From positions 78,802,001 through 78,866,000 of the forward strand of contig OX597825.1 of assembly GCA_951406725.2 (NCBI GenBank): DNA of 64,000 nt, given 5' to 3'. Under the pieces are notes generated by a model. That model was not told where the DNA came from. It searched no databases and saw only the letters and a list, made by a program, of their open reading frames with translations. The position numbers and the translations under genes were made by a program. Shown here piece after piece: positions 63,539 to 64,000 of this stretch. The stretch's first letter is position 1, and each line of letters begins with the position of its first letter. Source of the stretch: Octopus vulgaris (lineage: Eukaryota).

Positions 63539-64000
63539 TGATATTTGTGCTGCTTTTAAATTGTAGAGATTTCTCAATCACCGTCTGTGAACCCCCCCAC
63601 ACTTACACATTGTATACAACTGCTGCTGCTGCTGCCTATTCCGTTGCATCTATCGGAATGAACGAATAAACGAACACGCATTCGACAGACTTATTTTGAT
63701 TTAATCATTTGTTCTGATACAAAAACGAACCCGGATTTTCTCATCTCTTTTGTCTGTGTTGGTGTCTTTCTATTCGCCACGTTAACCACCAGTCAACAGG
63801 CGAGCCACTCTCTTTATGAGGGCTTTCGATCTGCTCGAAATACCTGGTCCAGAACTTACTTTAATCACACCCACCCGTCTTAGATAATAAAGGAAGTTTT
63901 TTCATTGGACTTTGTAGTTCTTGGTATACGAAAACGGTTTTTTTTTCCCAGGGTCGAATGCTTCTTCAGTATAGGTCTGGGACTAAACCTCAATATTTCT

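Larger units (their letters stand above)
63100..63565 (-). mobile_element. Penelope-like element terminal (pLTR-like) fragments, two families, in TA tracts
   Basis: Carries hammerhead motifs and an inverted terminal duplication. Homologous fragments occur at about 7103-7192 (first family) and about 2643-2797 (second family, opposite strand). Confidence 0.55.

Overview
Eukaryotic, AT-rich, repeat-saturated genomic DNA. The SINE families and the (TA)/(CA)/(GAT) microsatellite load suggest a coleoid cephalopod, most likely Octopus (inferred from pattern recognition, not a search). Two divergent gene starts are visible. (1) The 5' end of a UBE4B/UFD2 orthologue on the minus strand: coding exon 1 at 40794-40817 (MSELTPDE), a 31.5-kb first intron, and exon 2 at 9056-9239 (IRRRRLARLGG...); the gene continues left out of the window. 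(2) A probable first exon and promoter of an unidentified plus-strand gene at about 51.2-51.9 kb, whose leader carries a stack of tiny uORFs. The rest is transposon debris: three abundant SINE-like families, RTE and CR1 LINE fragments, a solo LTR, hAT/piggyBac/Tc2-type MITEs, a maT/mariner relic and a fragmented Helitron Rep-helicase fossil. Almost every ORF in the supplied track is a microsatellite or SINE artefact. The most interesting unannotated signals are a set of Penelope-type hammerhead ribozyme motifs (several with a CCGA core variant, two forming a head-to-head hairpin), one SINE motif that appears to have seeded three different minisatellites (26, ~47 and 62 bp, the last with A/B higher-order structure), and the GCN4/ATF4-like multi-uORF leader with two same-phase splice donors. 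Repeat boundaries were read by eye and are approximate unless TSDs or TIRs are cited.
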